From the NCBI GenBank assembly GCA_951406725.2, contig OX597824.1:86986001-87050000 (forward strand): a DNA stretch of 64,000 nt, written 5' to 3'. The stretch comes from Octopus vulgaris (Eukaryota). A model generated the notes under the pieces. It was not told the DNA's origin. It was given only the letters and a program-made list of their open reading frames with translations, and did no database searches. A program made the position numbers and the translations under genes. Shown piece by piece: positions 39,336-51,630 of this stretch (its first letter is position 1; the number at the start of each line of letters is the position of its first letter).

Positions 39336-39920
39336 GAGATATGTTAACTGAGATATGTTAACTGAGGGAATTATGTTAACTGAGATATGTTAACTGAGGG
39401 AATTATGTTAACCGAGATATGTTAACTGAGTGAATTGTGTTAACTGAGATATGTTAACTGAGTGAATTGTGTTAACTGAGATATGTTAACTGAGTGAATC
39501 GTGTTAACCGAGATATGTTAACTGAGTGAATTGTGTTAACTGAGATATGTTAATTGAGTGAATTGTGTTAACTGAGTGAATTGTGTTAACTGAGATATGT
39601 TAACTGAGTGAATCGTGTTAACTGAGATATGTTAACTGAGTGAATTGTGTTAACTGAGATATGTTAACTGACTGAATCGTGTTAATCGAGATATGTTAAC
39701 TGAGTGAATCATGTTAACTGAGTGAATCGTGTTAACCGAGATATGTTAACTGAGAGAATCGTGTTAACCAAGATATGTTAACTGAGTGAATCGTGTTAAG
39801 CGAGATATGTTAAATGAGTGAACTGTGTTAACTGAGTGAATCATGTTAAGCGAGATATGTTAACAAAGATATGTTAACTGAGTGAATTGTGTTAACTGAG
39901 TGAATCATGTTAACTGAGTG
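39336..39920. repeat. Minisatellite of alternating 14-bp (gagatatgttaact) and 18-bp (gagtgaattgtgttaact) units
   Basis: Read directly; nearly every unit contains palindromic GTTAAC. Confidence 0.92.
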
Positions 39921-40133
39921 TAATTCCATTACATCTTTTTGTTAACAATACTTTGCCATATAAATTAACAGAACTCAAAGTACCGTGTTTGGATCTTCAG
40001 GTGCATGTTTATATCACGATCATTTGCAGAGGGTGCCTGTACGTATTTCTCTCTTGAATAAAATTAATTCAAAAGAGTTTACAATTTTTAATTAAGTACA
40101 AAATTATTCTTATATTAGCAACCGGTGATTGTC

Positions 40134-40176
40134 GTACGCTGATGACGGGTCAAGACCCAGAAACTACAGTCTGTGC
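40134..40176 (+). ncRNA. Minimal type-I hammerhead ribozyme motif, slightly decayed
   Basis: GTACG-CTGATGA-CGGGTC[AA]GACCCA-GAAA-CT[AC]AG-TC-TGTGC; GUC triplet; C-A mismatch at the base of stem II. Confidence 0.65.
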
Positions 40177-41492
40177 ATATCACTTAGGTTGACGAGGGAA
40201 GGATGACCTCCCTTTGCAAATACCGATAGGGCACAGAAAGTGTGCCTAAAGCCAGCTGGAGACGATGTTCTCCTGGGCCTACAAGCTACAGTAACACCCA
40301 CCCTTAGTGGTTACCCATATTGAGATGGCAAATATACCTCACATATTCTTATATTGTTTTATCAGAATTATATTCCCAGAAAATTAATTACCATATCTGA
40401 TGGCATCATTATTTAATGCCTGTTTTCCATGCTGGTATGGGTTGGACGGTTTGATAGGTGCTATCAATTGTCTGTTTTGGTAAGGTTTCTGTGGGCTGGA
40501 TGACCTTCCTAACACCAGCCACTTTACGTGGCACCAGAACAGGCAGTTTTTACGTAGCACCACAAGAGGGAAAACAAAAATCACCTCAGGTCCTACACCT
40601 GAAGTTCCATGCTTTAATGCACTAAAAAAATATTTTCCTGAATATAAGTTACTGAAATTTTGGGGGAGGGGGCCAGTCGATTTGATCGACCCCAGTACAC
40701 AACTGGTACTTATTTTATCGACCCTGTAAGGATGAAAGGCAAAGTCGACCTCGGCGGAATTTGAACTCAGAACGTAAAGACAGACGAAATACCGCTAAAC
40801 ATTTCGCCCGGCTTGCTAACGTTTTTGCCAGCTCACCGCCATTAGGTGAAATCATCATCATTGTTTAACGTCCGCTTTCCATGCTAGCATGGGTTGGACG
40901 ATTTTGACTGAGGGCTGGCGAGCCAGATGGCTGCACCAGGCTCCAATCTTGATCTGGCAGAGTTTCTACAGCTGGATGCCCTTCCTAACGCCAACCACTC
41001 CGAGAGTGTTAAATTAAGGTGTTAAATTAAGGTTTTACTACAGGTTGGTTTCACTGGTTCGAGATTGAGGACACTGAATAAAATATAGACAAGACAACTT
41101 GTCAGTAATGTGCAAACCCGTATGTAGAGGGAGCATTTGAGTGGGGGTGAAAGGTAAGCAATAGGGAAAAATGATAGTATTAAAGATTAAGATAATCTTG
41201 TTCAATTCTGGAAGAGTGATAATCTGAAGAAAAAAAAAATCTAGAGAATGCAAGATTGTTGATCATTAAATAAAAATAACATTAAAATTAGCTGATGACA
41301 GGAATTACAAGAAAAAAAAGAAAAAATAAGATGATGTTTCATTGTACACATGTACACACACAGGTATGTGTGTTCCAAAAGGTTTGTGCCATCTGTTTTT
41401 TGAAAAGTTTCTTTTGTAAAAATCAATAATTTTTAATTTAAGAATAATTTTTCATCAAATATTGTGACTGTATCAAGATTCTTTGCAAAGAG

Positions 41493-41528
<36 letters not shown>

Positions 41529-42022
41529 TCATCATCATCATCATCGTTTAGCGTCCGTTTTCCATGCTAGCATGGGTTGGACGGTTCTACTGGGGTCTGT
41601 GAAGCCAGAAGGCTTCATCAGGCCCAGTCAAATCTGGCAGTGTTTCTACAGCTGGATGCCCTTCCTAACGCCAACCACTCCGAGAGTGTAGTGGGTGCTT
41701 TTTACGTGCCACCCGCACAGGTGCCAGACAGAGTTGGCAAACGGCCACGAACGGATGGTGCTTTTTATGTGCCACCGGCACATATATAGATATAGATATA
41801 TCACCGTGACTGACCAGGCTATCAGATGTTGCTACATATCGCTGGTCACAATGCACTTCGCATTGTTTTAGCCTTCAAATGACGCCACCCCGCTGGCTAA
41901 GTGAGAAGGCCAACAGAAGAAAGAGTGAGAGAAAGTTAATCTTAATTTTGAAAAATAAGAGAAATATAAAAAACCGCATTATTTATGGGATGACCCAATA
42001 TATATATATTATGTATATAACA

Positions 42023-42058
<36 letters not shown>

Positions 42059-42393
42059 CATACATACACTACACACAGTCTAGTAAGCTGCAGGGCTGTG
42101 CCAAGCTCTAGTGTCAGCTTTGGTATATACGTGTCTCAGCATTAGCCTTGGGTACTTGTAGAGAAAGTACAGTCAGCACTAAATATAAATAGCCAATACA
42201 ATGCCCATTCGTGCTCTATAAACGGCTTCTGCTCGATTTATGAATGAAATTTTATTATCCAGTAAACGTTTGAGTTGAAAAGCTCTATTTACATAAGTTT
42301 AGTAGTTTTTAAATTCAAAAATCTGAAATTTGTGACTTAAGACTCCATGAACGATATTGAAGAGAAGTGATTCAATGATATATTTATTTAATA

Positions 42394-42768
42394 CTAGCAG
42401 TATCGCCCAGCGTTGCTTGGGTTTGTTTCGACCCTTTAGAATTGGAATTTTTGACAAGTAAAAGTTTTGCATTATGTAGCTTGTTATTCTCTTTAAGTGA
42501 ACATTTTTCTGGTTGAAATACACCGAAAAATGGCGACACAGCAGTCAAAAAATCGTAAAAAATAGGGTCTTTCATAGAAAAAAAAGCACCTTTTTGATGT
42601 TAACATGGTCCGATTTGAATGTTTTCTTCTACGGAAGGAAGAGCAAGCTTTCTTCTATCATACTCTCAATTTTGGTGAACTTGCACCGCAGGGTCTCGGA
42701 GGAGATAGTGTTGGTTGAAGGCTATCAAACCTGCCATACACAGACAACTTCAGCTTTATATAGAGAGA
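42394..42768 (-). mobile_element. Non-autonomous Helitron (family of 4559-4950)
   Basis: Reverse-complement match; CTAG end and hairpin. Confidence 0.8.
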
Positions 42769-43296
42769 TGTAAAACGGCTAACTCAAGGGCGATAACTCC
42801 TTAAATACATAACGAAAATGTTCAAAGCAACATGGGTTTATAATAAAATAAAAATCAAACCTCATTATATTTAGATGATAAATTCCACGTAAGCGCTTTC
42901 CAATTTTACACGACGAATGCTTACATTATCAAGTGGAATTAATTTATTGCCTGTGTAATGAATAATTTCTAATATTAGCACAAGGTCATTAATTTTGTTG
43001 ATTTGAATTAAAGGGACATAACTAAATGCTACATTGTTGCCCTAACTCTGATTTCGTTTAACAACACTACTAGAATAGACAATATTAAATCAATCACACA
43101 CCCACAAATGTGGATGGCTCAGGGCGAACTGCTTACTTAATGAGAAAGAGAGAGTGTGCGTATATGCAATTTAAGGGGAGAGAATCGCTCCTAACTTTAT
43201 TTCTGTGCTGAGAAATTTTAATAAAAAAAGAGTGGGAAGAATATACACGATTTCCATATCATTCTTTTATTAAAGTTCCCGGTAAATATATGTATA

Positions 43297-43740
43297 TATC
43301 TGTAAATGTAATATGTGATAATCATTCGGTAGCCATGATAAAACTCCGAGTTTCGGATGCCGAGGTGGAAATCCACGCCGCCATCTCTTCAGATATCCGG
43401 CAAACGGAAAAATGCTATGAAAAATGACTGTTATACAAAGGGAAATTACTGTGTGATTGACCGTTATTAAGACAAAAGAACTTAGAAGTCATTCAAATAC
43501 CTCTTTTGTCTTAATAACGGTCAAATCACACAGTAATTTCCCTTTGTATAACGGTCATTTTTCATAGCATTTTTCCGATTACCGGATGACTGAAGAGATA
43601 GCGGCGTTGATTTCCACCTCGGCATCCAAAACTCAGAGTTTTATCATGGCTACTGAATAATTGTCAGATATTAGATTTACAGATAAATTCCTCTATTTAC
43701 ATAATATCGAGGTCTCTTTCTTTCTTTTGTTGTCTCACCA
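43297..43740. mobile_element. Penelope-like element remnant with about 190-bp inverted arms (fold-back)
   Basis: About 43297-43479 is the reverse complement of about 43502-43686; hammerhead-like core in the arms; a related shorter copy lies at 19590-19780 within (TA)n. Confidence 0.65.
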
Positions 43741-44516
43741 TTAGCCACTACACACATTTTTTTTCTCTCCTTGTTTCTTTCTGTGTCCCTTTCTGTAGAA
43801 GAGCGTAGGCTCGAAACGTAAAAGACTTTTTTCAATTCCTGAGCGTTATACTAATACATCTGTTTGTTTTGTACACCACCTGTCTTCGTCTTTTGTTTTT
43901 TTCGTAAACTCTCTCTCTCTCTATATATATATATATATTTATATATGAGATGTTTATGATGAAGCTTTCTGATATCAGTTGGTGGATATTTAGGATTACT
44001 TAAAATGCTTAACAGAAGATTGTTATATGGATGATCACCTGTAGCTGAATCAGGACCTTCAAATCACGCTAATGAAGAAACATGTGTGTGTGTGTGTGTG
44101 TGTGTACATGTGTATCCAGAAACATCAGAATATAAATATTTTTAACAAAGTTTCTTTGAAACAAAAGAAACATTTTTTGGAAAATTACAACTCTTTCCAT
44201 TTTGCTAAAAATAATAATAATAATAATAACAATAAAAAGAAAGTTTTACAATTCAAATTGCAGAATCCAGTTCTCTGATATGCATTACATAATACATTCA
44301 AGAATATTCCTAAAATATTAATATATATTTAAATATACAAATAAATATACACTATTACATGTATACACACATACATGCGCACACACACATTCATATATAT
44401 TTCTTTACTACCCACAAGGGGCTAAACACAGAAGGGACAAACGGATTCATATATATGTTATGCATTGTAACAAACAGAACACGCCTAAAAAATTACAAAC
44501 CAATTAATTGTCCTAC

Positions 44517-45915
44517 CTTTTTGGGCATTCCTTTGGCCAAATCTTTTTTGGCTTCTTCTTGGATGTTACGGAATTTATCAACAACGCTCTTTGCTGTCCC
44601 CTTCGATGGTAAACCCTCACTCCAATCAGTATCAGCTTCCCTGGAGATATCAGACCGATATTGAGGTTCGTTCTCTGAAGTTGCTTTGCTAGTTACAGCT
44701 GTAGATTTAACTGGAAGGTCATCTCTGGGAGGAGTAAATTCTTTTAAAGATCTTGGTGAAGTTGCGTCGGGCGCATTGTTTTCGATTTTGCTAAATTTCG
44801 ACAGAAGACTGCGTGCTGTTCCCTTTTCCGGAAGAGCTTCCCCACCTGTGTCAGCTTCCTTTATCACATCTTGCCGGTTGACAGGTTGATTCTCAAAGAT
44901 TCCTCCTTCTATTTTTGTGGGTTCATATTCTAAACCCTTTTTCGGAGTGTTTTCATAGACACCACTCACAGCAGCTTCTGTGTTAAACCCACGAGGATCC
45001 TCACGTGGCGGAGTAAACTCCTTGCGACTTCGAGGAGAGGGGGACTGGGATCCAGCTCCACTTTCAATTTCTCGAAACTTTGCTAAAAGACTTCTTGTTT
45101 GGCCACTTTCAGGCAGTTTCTCCTCTGCAACATCGGTTTCTTTGAAAACATCACTGAGGACAACTGGCTGACTTTCAGCAATGGTTGGACCAGCTTCTTT
45201 TGCAGTAATAACGTCGATGGGTGGTTTCGAAACAAAAGGTTTGTCTTCTCGTAATTTTGAAAACTTAGCAAGCAGATTCTTAGTTGTACCTTCGTCTGGC
45301 AAGATGTCTTCGGTGTCCACTTCTTCAGGACGGATAACATTTGGATCATAGACGGGTTTGCTTTCGAAGATACCACTTTCAGTTGTACCACAATATGGTT
45401 GAAACGTACTGCGTGGTTCTGAGACAAATTCAGTTTTGGAAGACAGATCAGGAGTTAAATCTGGTTGACCACTGACCACTACTTCGCTTGAAGATTTTTG
45501 AATATCTTTAAATTTGTCCAACAGATTTTGTGCTGTGCCCCTTTCTGGCAACTTCTCATCAGGTTTCACAAACCCAGGTGTAATGTCTTCAGGGAGAGCT
45601 GAAGGTTGACTTTCAAAGATTCCTAAATCAGGTTTGCCTTCGTAAGTTTCAATATGGGTTTTCGGTTCTGAGATAAATTCAGTCTTATCTTGTTCACACC
45701 TAACTGAAACTGGTGTAGTACTGGAAATAACTGGTTTCAGACTTTCACTTTCGTATTCCTTGAACTTCTGAGCCAAATTTCTAGCAGTACCTTCTTCTGG
45801 AAGCTTAACCTCACCAACAGAATCATGGTAACGGACAACTCCATCTAGAACAACTGGTTGACTCTCAAAAATGCCAGCTTCAGTCCTGCCCACCATAACT
45901 CTATAGCTTTCATCG
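44517..45915 (-). CDS. Large internal coding exon (1399 nt, phase 2 to 0) of a LIM-domain/actin-binding (LIMA1/XIRP2-like) repeat protein; six GIFESQP...LPExGTA+NLLxKF repeats
   Basis: Only long non-repeat ORF (490 aa track ORF 44493..45965). Acceptor atttttatctttcag|CGATGAA at 45916/45915; donor AAAAAG|gtagga at 44517/44516. Acidic, Pro/Glu-rich, with recurring motif. Confidence 0.93.
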
Positions 45916-46094
45916 CTGAAAGATAAAAATAAATTTATTAAAAAATCATAACAACATTTATTCAAAGCTGAATCATGTGGAATATCTCATCCCTTGTTTC
46001 CAATGAGGGATAGCTAATAAAAATTTTCATATACATATATATTTAAAAGTCAGGGTATATTTTGCATTATGTTTGCTGGCCACTTTATCACTAT

Positions 46095-46516
46095 ACTTTT
46101 ACTTGTTTCAGTCATTTGACTGCGGCCATGCTGGAGCACCACCTTTAGTCGAGCAAAGTTTGTAAGCCCAGTACTTATTCTATCGGTCTCTTTTTGCCGA
46201 ACCGCTAAGTGACGGGGACGTAAACACACCAGCATCGGTTGTCAAGCAATGCTAGGGGAACAAACACACATACATACATATATCATCATCATCATCGTTT
46301 AGCGTCCGTTTTCCATGCTAGCATGGGTTGGACATATATATATACATATATACGACAGGCTTCTTTCAGTTTCCGTCTACCAAATCCACTCACAAGGCAT
46401 TGGTCGGCCCGGGGCTATAGCAGAAGACACTTGCCCAAGATGCCACGCAGTGGGACTGAACCCGGAACCATGTGGTTGGTAAGCAAGCTACTTACCACAC
46501 AGCCACTCCTGCGCCT
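46095..46516 (-). mobile_element. SINE family A with a short Nin-element tail fragment inside its microsatellite
   Basis: Matches 279-656; catcatcatcgtttagcgtccgttttccatgctagc at about 46285-46333. Confidence 0.88.
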
Positions 46517-46575
46517 ATATTTTTAAAGATAATGATAACTTATTTGAATTTTGAATATATGTAAGCTTTCGGTGT

Positions 46576-46812
46576 TAATGGTATTTTTATACAAGCTTAA
46601 AGCTAATGGCGATCACAGTGCAATGACTAAGGAAAATAGTCTAATAACGGGGCATATAAGACCTTGACAGAAAAAAGGCGGCTTTTCTATCTGTGGATAG
46701 GAAAGCCTTCTTTTTTCTGTTGAGGACTTATATGCCCCTTTATTAGACTATTTTTCCTTGGTCATTGCATGGTGATCGCCATTAGCTTTAAGCTTGTATA
46801 AAAATACCATTA
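46576..46812. repeat. Long near-perfect palindrome (about 115-bp arms)
   Basis: taatggtatttttatacaagcttaaagctaatggcgatc... / ...gatcgccattagctttaagcttgtataaaaataccatta. Confidence 0.85.
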
Positions 46813-46939
46813 TTATTATTTACAAGTTATTATATGTGTGTATATATATAGGGGGGAAAATATGAAAAATCAATGAAAATGCACATTGTAAATAAAAAAA
46901 GGAAAAGGCTTTTTATGAAAGGTAATGACAGATATATAC

Positions 46940-47015
<76 letters not shown>

Positions 47016-47400
47016 ATGAAATGTATGTCGAGCTCTTAAACCAGCAAGGACAGTGGTATATCTAACTGTATTATAAAGATAGATCGATATGTAGATCAGT
47101 AAAATACCATAAAGGGAAGTAAACGTCACAGAAAATTAGTAAGTTACCTCCCTTGTCTCACATCCGAACATATCTAATAAAAATGTTTTCTGCTCTAATT
47201 AGTTTTTAGTTTTATTGAAAACTGTCGCAGGTTGCTTGTGCGTCATTATGACGTCATTTCTCAAAATGCCTCATACTACATATGTACACTTATTCACACA
47301 CACATAAATATATATATATATTAGAAGGTTTGGAGGTGATGTACAGGTATTTTATATTAGAAGAAATGAGGTACTCAGAAATTCGGATAGTTTTATATTT

Positions 47401-47577
47401 ACAGATATTTATTTGTATATTACATGTTTTATATATCATATATTAGCGCTTTCGTCCATTCTAGTGGAGTTTTCAAATTGAACTTTCAAATTGAGTTCGA
47501 TTTGAAAACTCCACTAGAATAGACGAAAGTGCTATTTATGATGTATAAAAACATGTAATATACAAATAAATATCTGT
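47401..47577. repeat. Long palindrome (about 83-bp arms) within a TA-flanked element
   Basis: acagatatttatttgtatattacatg...ttctagtggagttttcaaat / atttgaaaactccactagaat...catgtaatatacaaataaatatctgt. Confidence 0.85.
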
Positions 47578-49140
47578 GTATATTATATATATATATACAT
47601 ACTATATATCACCATCATTGGCGCTGGCATATCTGTGTGATAAGAAACTTGCTTCCCAACCACATGGCTCCAGGTTCAGTCCCACTGTGTGGTACCTTGG
47701 GCAAGTGTCTTCTACTATAGCCATGGGATGACCAAAGTCTAGTGAGTGGATTTGGTAGGTGGAAACTGAAAGAAGCCTGCCATATATACATAACTGTGTG
47801 TGTGTGTCTTTGTTTCCCATCACTGGCATCAACCACATTCGGATGGTGCTTTTTACGTGCCACTGGCACGGGGAGCTAGTCAGGCGGCACTGACAACAAT
47901 CAGCGTATATATATATATACATATATATTTGACAGGCTTCCACACAGTTTCTGTCTACAAAATTCACTCACAGCATATTGGCCAGTCTAGGGCTATAAGT
48001 AGAAGATACTTGCCCAAGGTGCTGTACAGTAGGACTGAACCAGAAATCATGAGGTTGAAAAATGAGCTTCATAACCACACAAAGCCCCAGGACTTATTCC
48101 TATCACTGCAGTTTTTTTCTCTGGACTGGACTGGATTGGATTGGACTGGACTGCCTATGCTCAGTCCACTGCAGGACGAAGGCCTCAGCATGTTCGCTCT
48201 TCCATCCAGTCTGATGAATTTGAACTTGAAATCATACTGGTTTGATGAGTCTACTCTGCTACACTGACTCGACATGGCTTGGCAGAGGGGTGGTGCAGTT
48301 TATTTATACTCTTACCCAGGAGTAGTTAAGTCAATTACATTGACCCCCAGTGCTAAAAAGTTGACCTCAGCAGATTTTGAACTCAGAATGTAAAAAGGCT
48401 CAGAATAGACGAAATGTCCAGCAATTTTGTCCAATATGCTAATGATTCAGCTAGTTTCCTATCTTCTTCATCATCATCATCATCATAATAATAATAATAA
48501 TGATAATGATAATAATAATAATGATAATAATAATAATAATAATAATAATGATAATAATAATAACAAGGGTCATTGTTGTCATCCCCATTATTTAATGTCC
48601 CTTTTTCCATGCTGGAATGGATTCGATGGTTTGACGGGCTAGTGAGCCAGAGGAGTGTGCCAAGCACCAATGTTCACTTTGGCACAGTTTCTATAGCTTG
48701 ATGCCGTTCCTAATGCCAACAACTTTACAGTGTTTTTACATGGCACCAACATTAGTGAGGTCCCCAAGTAACTCACAAGAGAAGGCTCCTTGACTGAGAG
48801 GGGAGTGATATTGAGGAAGGTGGCTTTATGACAGGCGATGAGAGGTTAAAATATGATAGAGGGACCAGAACAGGTGTCTTGCTGTAGGGAGATATATGGT
48901 TATTATTGCACATGGGAAAGAATATGTGTGACTGCGTACCCTTAAGTTACAGGGAGGTGAATAAAAGAGATGTGGTATGGATGGGTAAGTATGTTTGTGT
49001 GAGTGTGAAGGAAGGTACTAGATGATGATGATGATGTGTGAAGGAAGGTGCAGTGATGGGGATGTTGGAAATGCAGTGAGTGAAAAAAAATCTAACCACA
49101 TGAAAACTATTTGCATATAAGGATATTGGAAAAAGCTTAC

Positions 49141-49198
49141 CTGTCTCTCCTTTGTTGGTTTTCTGGAGAAATCGGTTCCATAGAATCGGCTTCAACAG
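49141..49198 (-). CDS. 58-nt coding exon of the same gene (phase 1 to 2): xVEADSMEPISPENQQRRD(S)
   Basis: Acceptor ttttttctattcag|CTG; donor GACAG|gtaagc. Terminal AG plus the first C of the 45915 exon gives AGC and keeps the frame (RRD-S-DESY). Confidence 0.85.
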
Positions 49199-49348
49199 CT
49201 GAATAGAAAAAAATTGAAACAAATGCCTTTATAATATTAAAAACAAAATTTTTTTTTAATGCTTTTAACAAACATTATGGAATTAAAATATATGGCAATT
49301 TCTAAAATTATAGAAATGTCCCCTGATAATATTTACCAAGTGGGATAT

Positions 49349-49384
<36 letters not shown>

Positions 49385-49386
<2 letters not shown>

Positions 49387-49515
49387 CTGCCCTGCTGGGG
49401 ACAGCTAGAATTTTGAGGGCGTTGCTTGAATGTTGAATGTCTCCCAAGATAATTAGCAATCAAGTATCAAAGCTTATAATGTGCGGAAAGAGGCCTTGTG
49501 AGACCTCTGACGGTA
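49385..49515 (+). mobile_element. R4/Dong-like LINE C-terminal fragment next to (TAA)n
   Basis: Translates TALLGTARILRALLEC*, matching the LLGTARILRxVL C-terminus of RLE-type elements. Confidence 0.6.
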
Positions 49516-50029
49516 GGTTGGTGTCTGCTCTCACAGAATCTACCAGAACAAACAAAATCGAGTGCTTTGAATTGCAACAACAGAAAAGAACACACAACAG
49601 TGCATGTACCTCAGCAACACAGAGGTGTAGCAGGTGATGCAGTAGAAATTTGCCTCAAACTACCAAATGTTGAACAAATGTGGAATAGTTTTTCTTAAGA
49701 TTTATGAGAATTGCTTATTACATCTACTCTTTGTATGAAGAAGAAAAAATCCCTACAAAATGCTTTAACCCTTTTGATACCAACCTTGCTGAAACCGGCT
49801 CTGGTTCTGAGTACAAATGTCTTGTTTCTATAAGTTTTGAATTAAAATCTTCCACCAAACCTTAGTCATACTTTATGTTCCTAAGACTAGCTTAATGATA
49901 ACTAAGTTATTTTACTAAATTCTTTGTTATATTTAAAGTAACTGAAAGAAACACAGAGCATCTCAACAGAAATATGGTAATGAAAGGGTTAAAGCATTAA
50001 ACCAACATACACACACAAATATATACATG

Positions 50030-50069
<40 letters not shown>

Positions 50070-50289
50070 TGTGACCGACCAGGCTACACGTCGCTGGTCA
50101 CAATGCGCTTTGCATCGTTTTAGCCTTCAAATGACACCACCCCGCTGGTTAAGCGAGCAGGCCAACAGAAGAAAGAGTGAGAGAAAGTTGTGGCAAAAGA
50201 GTACAGCAGGGATCGCCACTATCCCCGCCGGAGCCTCCTGGAGCTTTAGGTATTTTTGCTCAATAAACATATATATATATATACACGCA

Positions 50290-50630
50290 CAATTTAAAAA
50301 TAGGATAAAATCTTTATAAGAATTTATCAAGTAAGTTAGCATGAAAAACCTCATAAGAGGAAAATCCACCAATTTTTCTCTTAAATATATTTATTTATAT
50401 TATATAGAGGGCATTATTACACATAAATGCCACATGCTAGGAGGGACTCTTAAAGTCAAAACTACCAAAATAAATAAACACATTGTACTGAATGCAACTC
50501 TCGAAGCAAGTCATTTAAAAACAGAATTGAGCTGCATATCACCGTGATTTCTTAATTAGTGCAGTAATGCACTTTAAGGAGTCCCTCCTAGCATGTGGCA
50601 TTTATGTATAGTAATGCCCTCTATATAATA
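50290..50630. mobile_element. Fold-back element with about 60-bp inverted arms (50398-50458 / 50570-50630); shorter relative at 19805-20000
   Basis: tatatagagggcattattacacataaatgccacatgctaggagggactc and its reverse complement; shared aaaataggataaaatct...gaaaaacctcataagag end. Confidence 0.65.
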
Positions 50631-51184
50631 CATACATACACACATATATATATATATATATATCGTGAAGTATATTTGCCTCTTAAATGTGGCTAACCCT
50701 TAAAGGTGGATGTTACTGTAGCACCTCCTCCAGCTGGCTATTGACACACTTTCTGTGCCCTATCAGTATTTGCAAAGGGAAGCCAGATACATACATACAC
50801 ACATATATATATCCAATTCAGATTAATAAATAATAAAATTAACAGGCAAGAGGATGTGCACAAGGAATGTATTAGTTTGATGCTAGGTAGAAAGAAAGGG
50901 TTTTGATGTTTCGAGCATAGCTCTTCATTAGGAAGGAGGAGCTCTTCACTAGAAAGGAGAAAGGGAAAAGTTCGAAGAAGGAAAAGAAGTCGCCAACAGC
51001 AACACACAGACATATGGCAGGCATCTACACACTTTCTGTCTATAAAATTCACTCATAAAGGCACACGTGTTGCATAGCAGAATTGAACCTAAACCCACAT
51101 GGTTGAAAAGCAAGCTTCTTAACCTCACAGCCACGCCTGTGCCTATTGATTCTTTGAATTTCTATCTGCTTGTTTCCATTATTT

Positions 51185-51421
51185 ACTCTTTGCTCTTTTA
51201 TTTGTTTCAGTCATTTGACTGTGGCCATGCTGGAGCATCGCCTTTAGTCGAGAAAATCGACCCCAGGACTTATTCTATCAGTCTCTTTTGCTGAACCGGT
51301 AAGTTACAGGGATGCAAACACACTAGCATTGGTTATCAAGCGATGTTGGGGGACAAACACAGACACACAAACATATACACACACACACACATTATATATA
51401 TATATACACACACACACACAT

Positions 51422-51468
<47 letters not shown>

Positions 51469-51630
51469 GACGGGCTTCTTTCAGATTCCGTCCAGCAAAT
51501 CCACTCGCAAGGCTTTGGTCGGCCTGAGGCTATAGTAGAAGACACTTGGCCAAGGTGCCATGCAGTGGGACTGAACCCGGAACCATGTGGTTCATAAGCA
51601 AGCTACTTACCACACAGCCACTCCAACGCC
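51185..51630 (-). mobile_element. SINE family A
   Basis: Matches 279-656. Confidence 0.85.
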
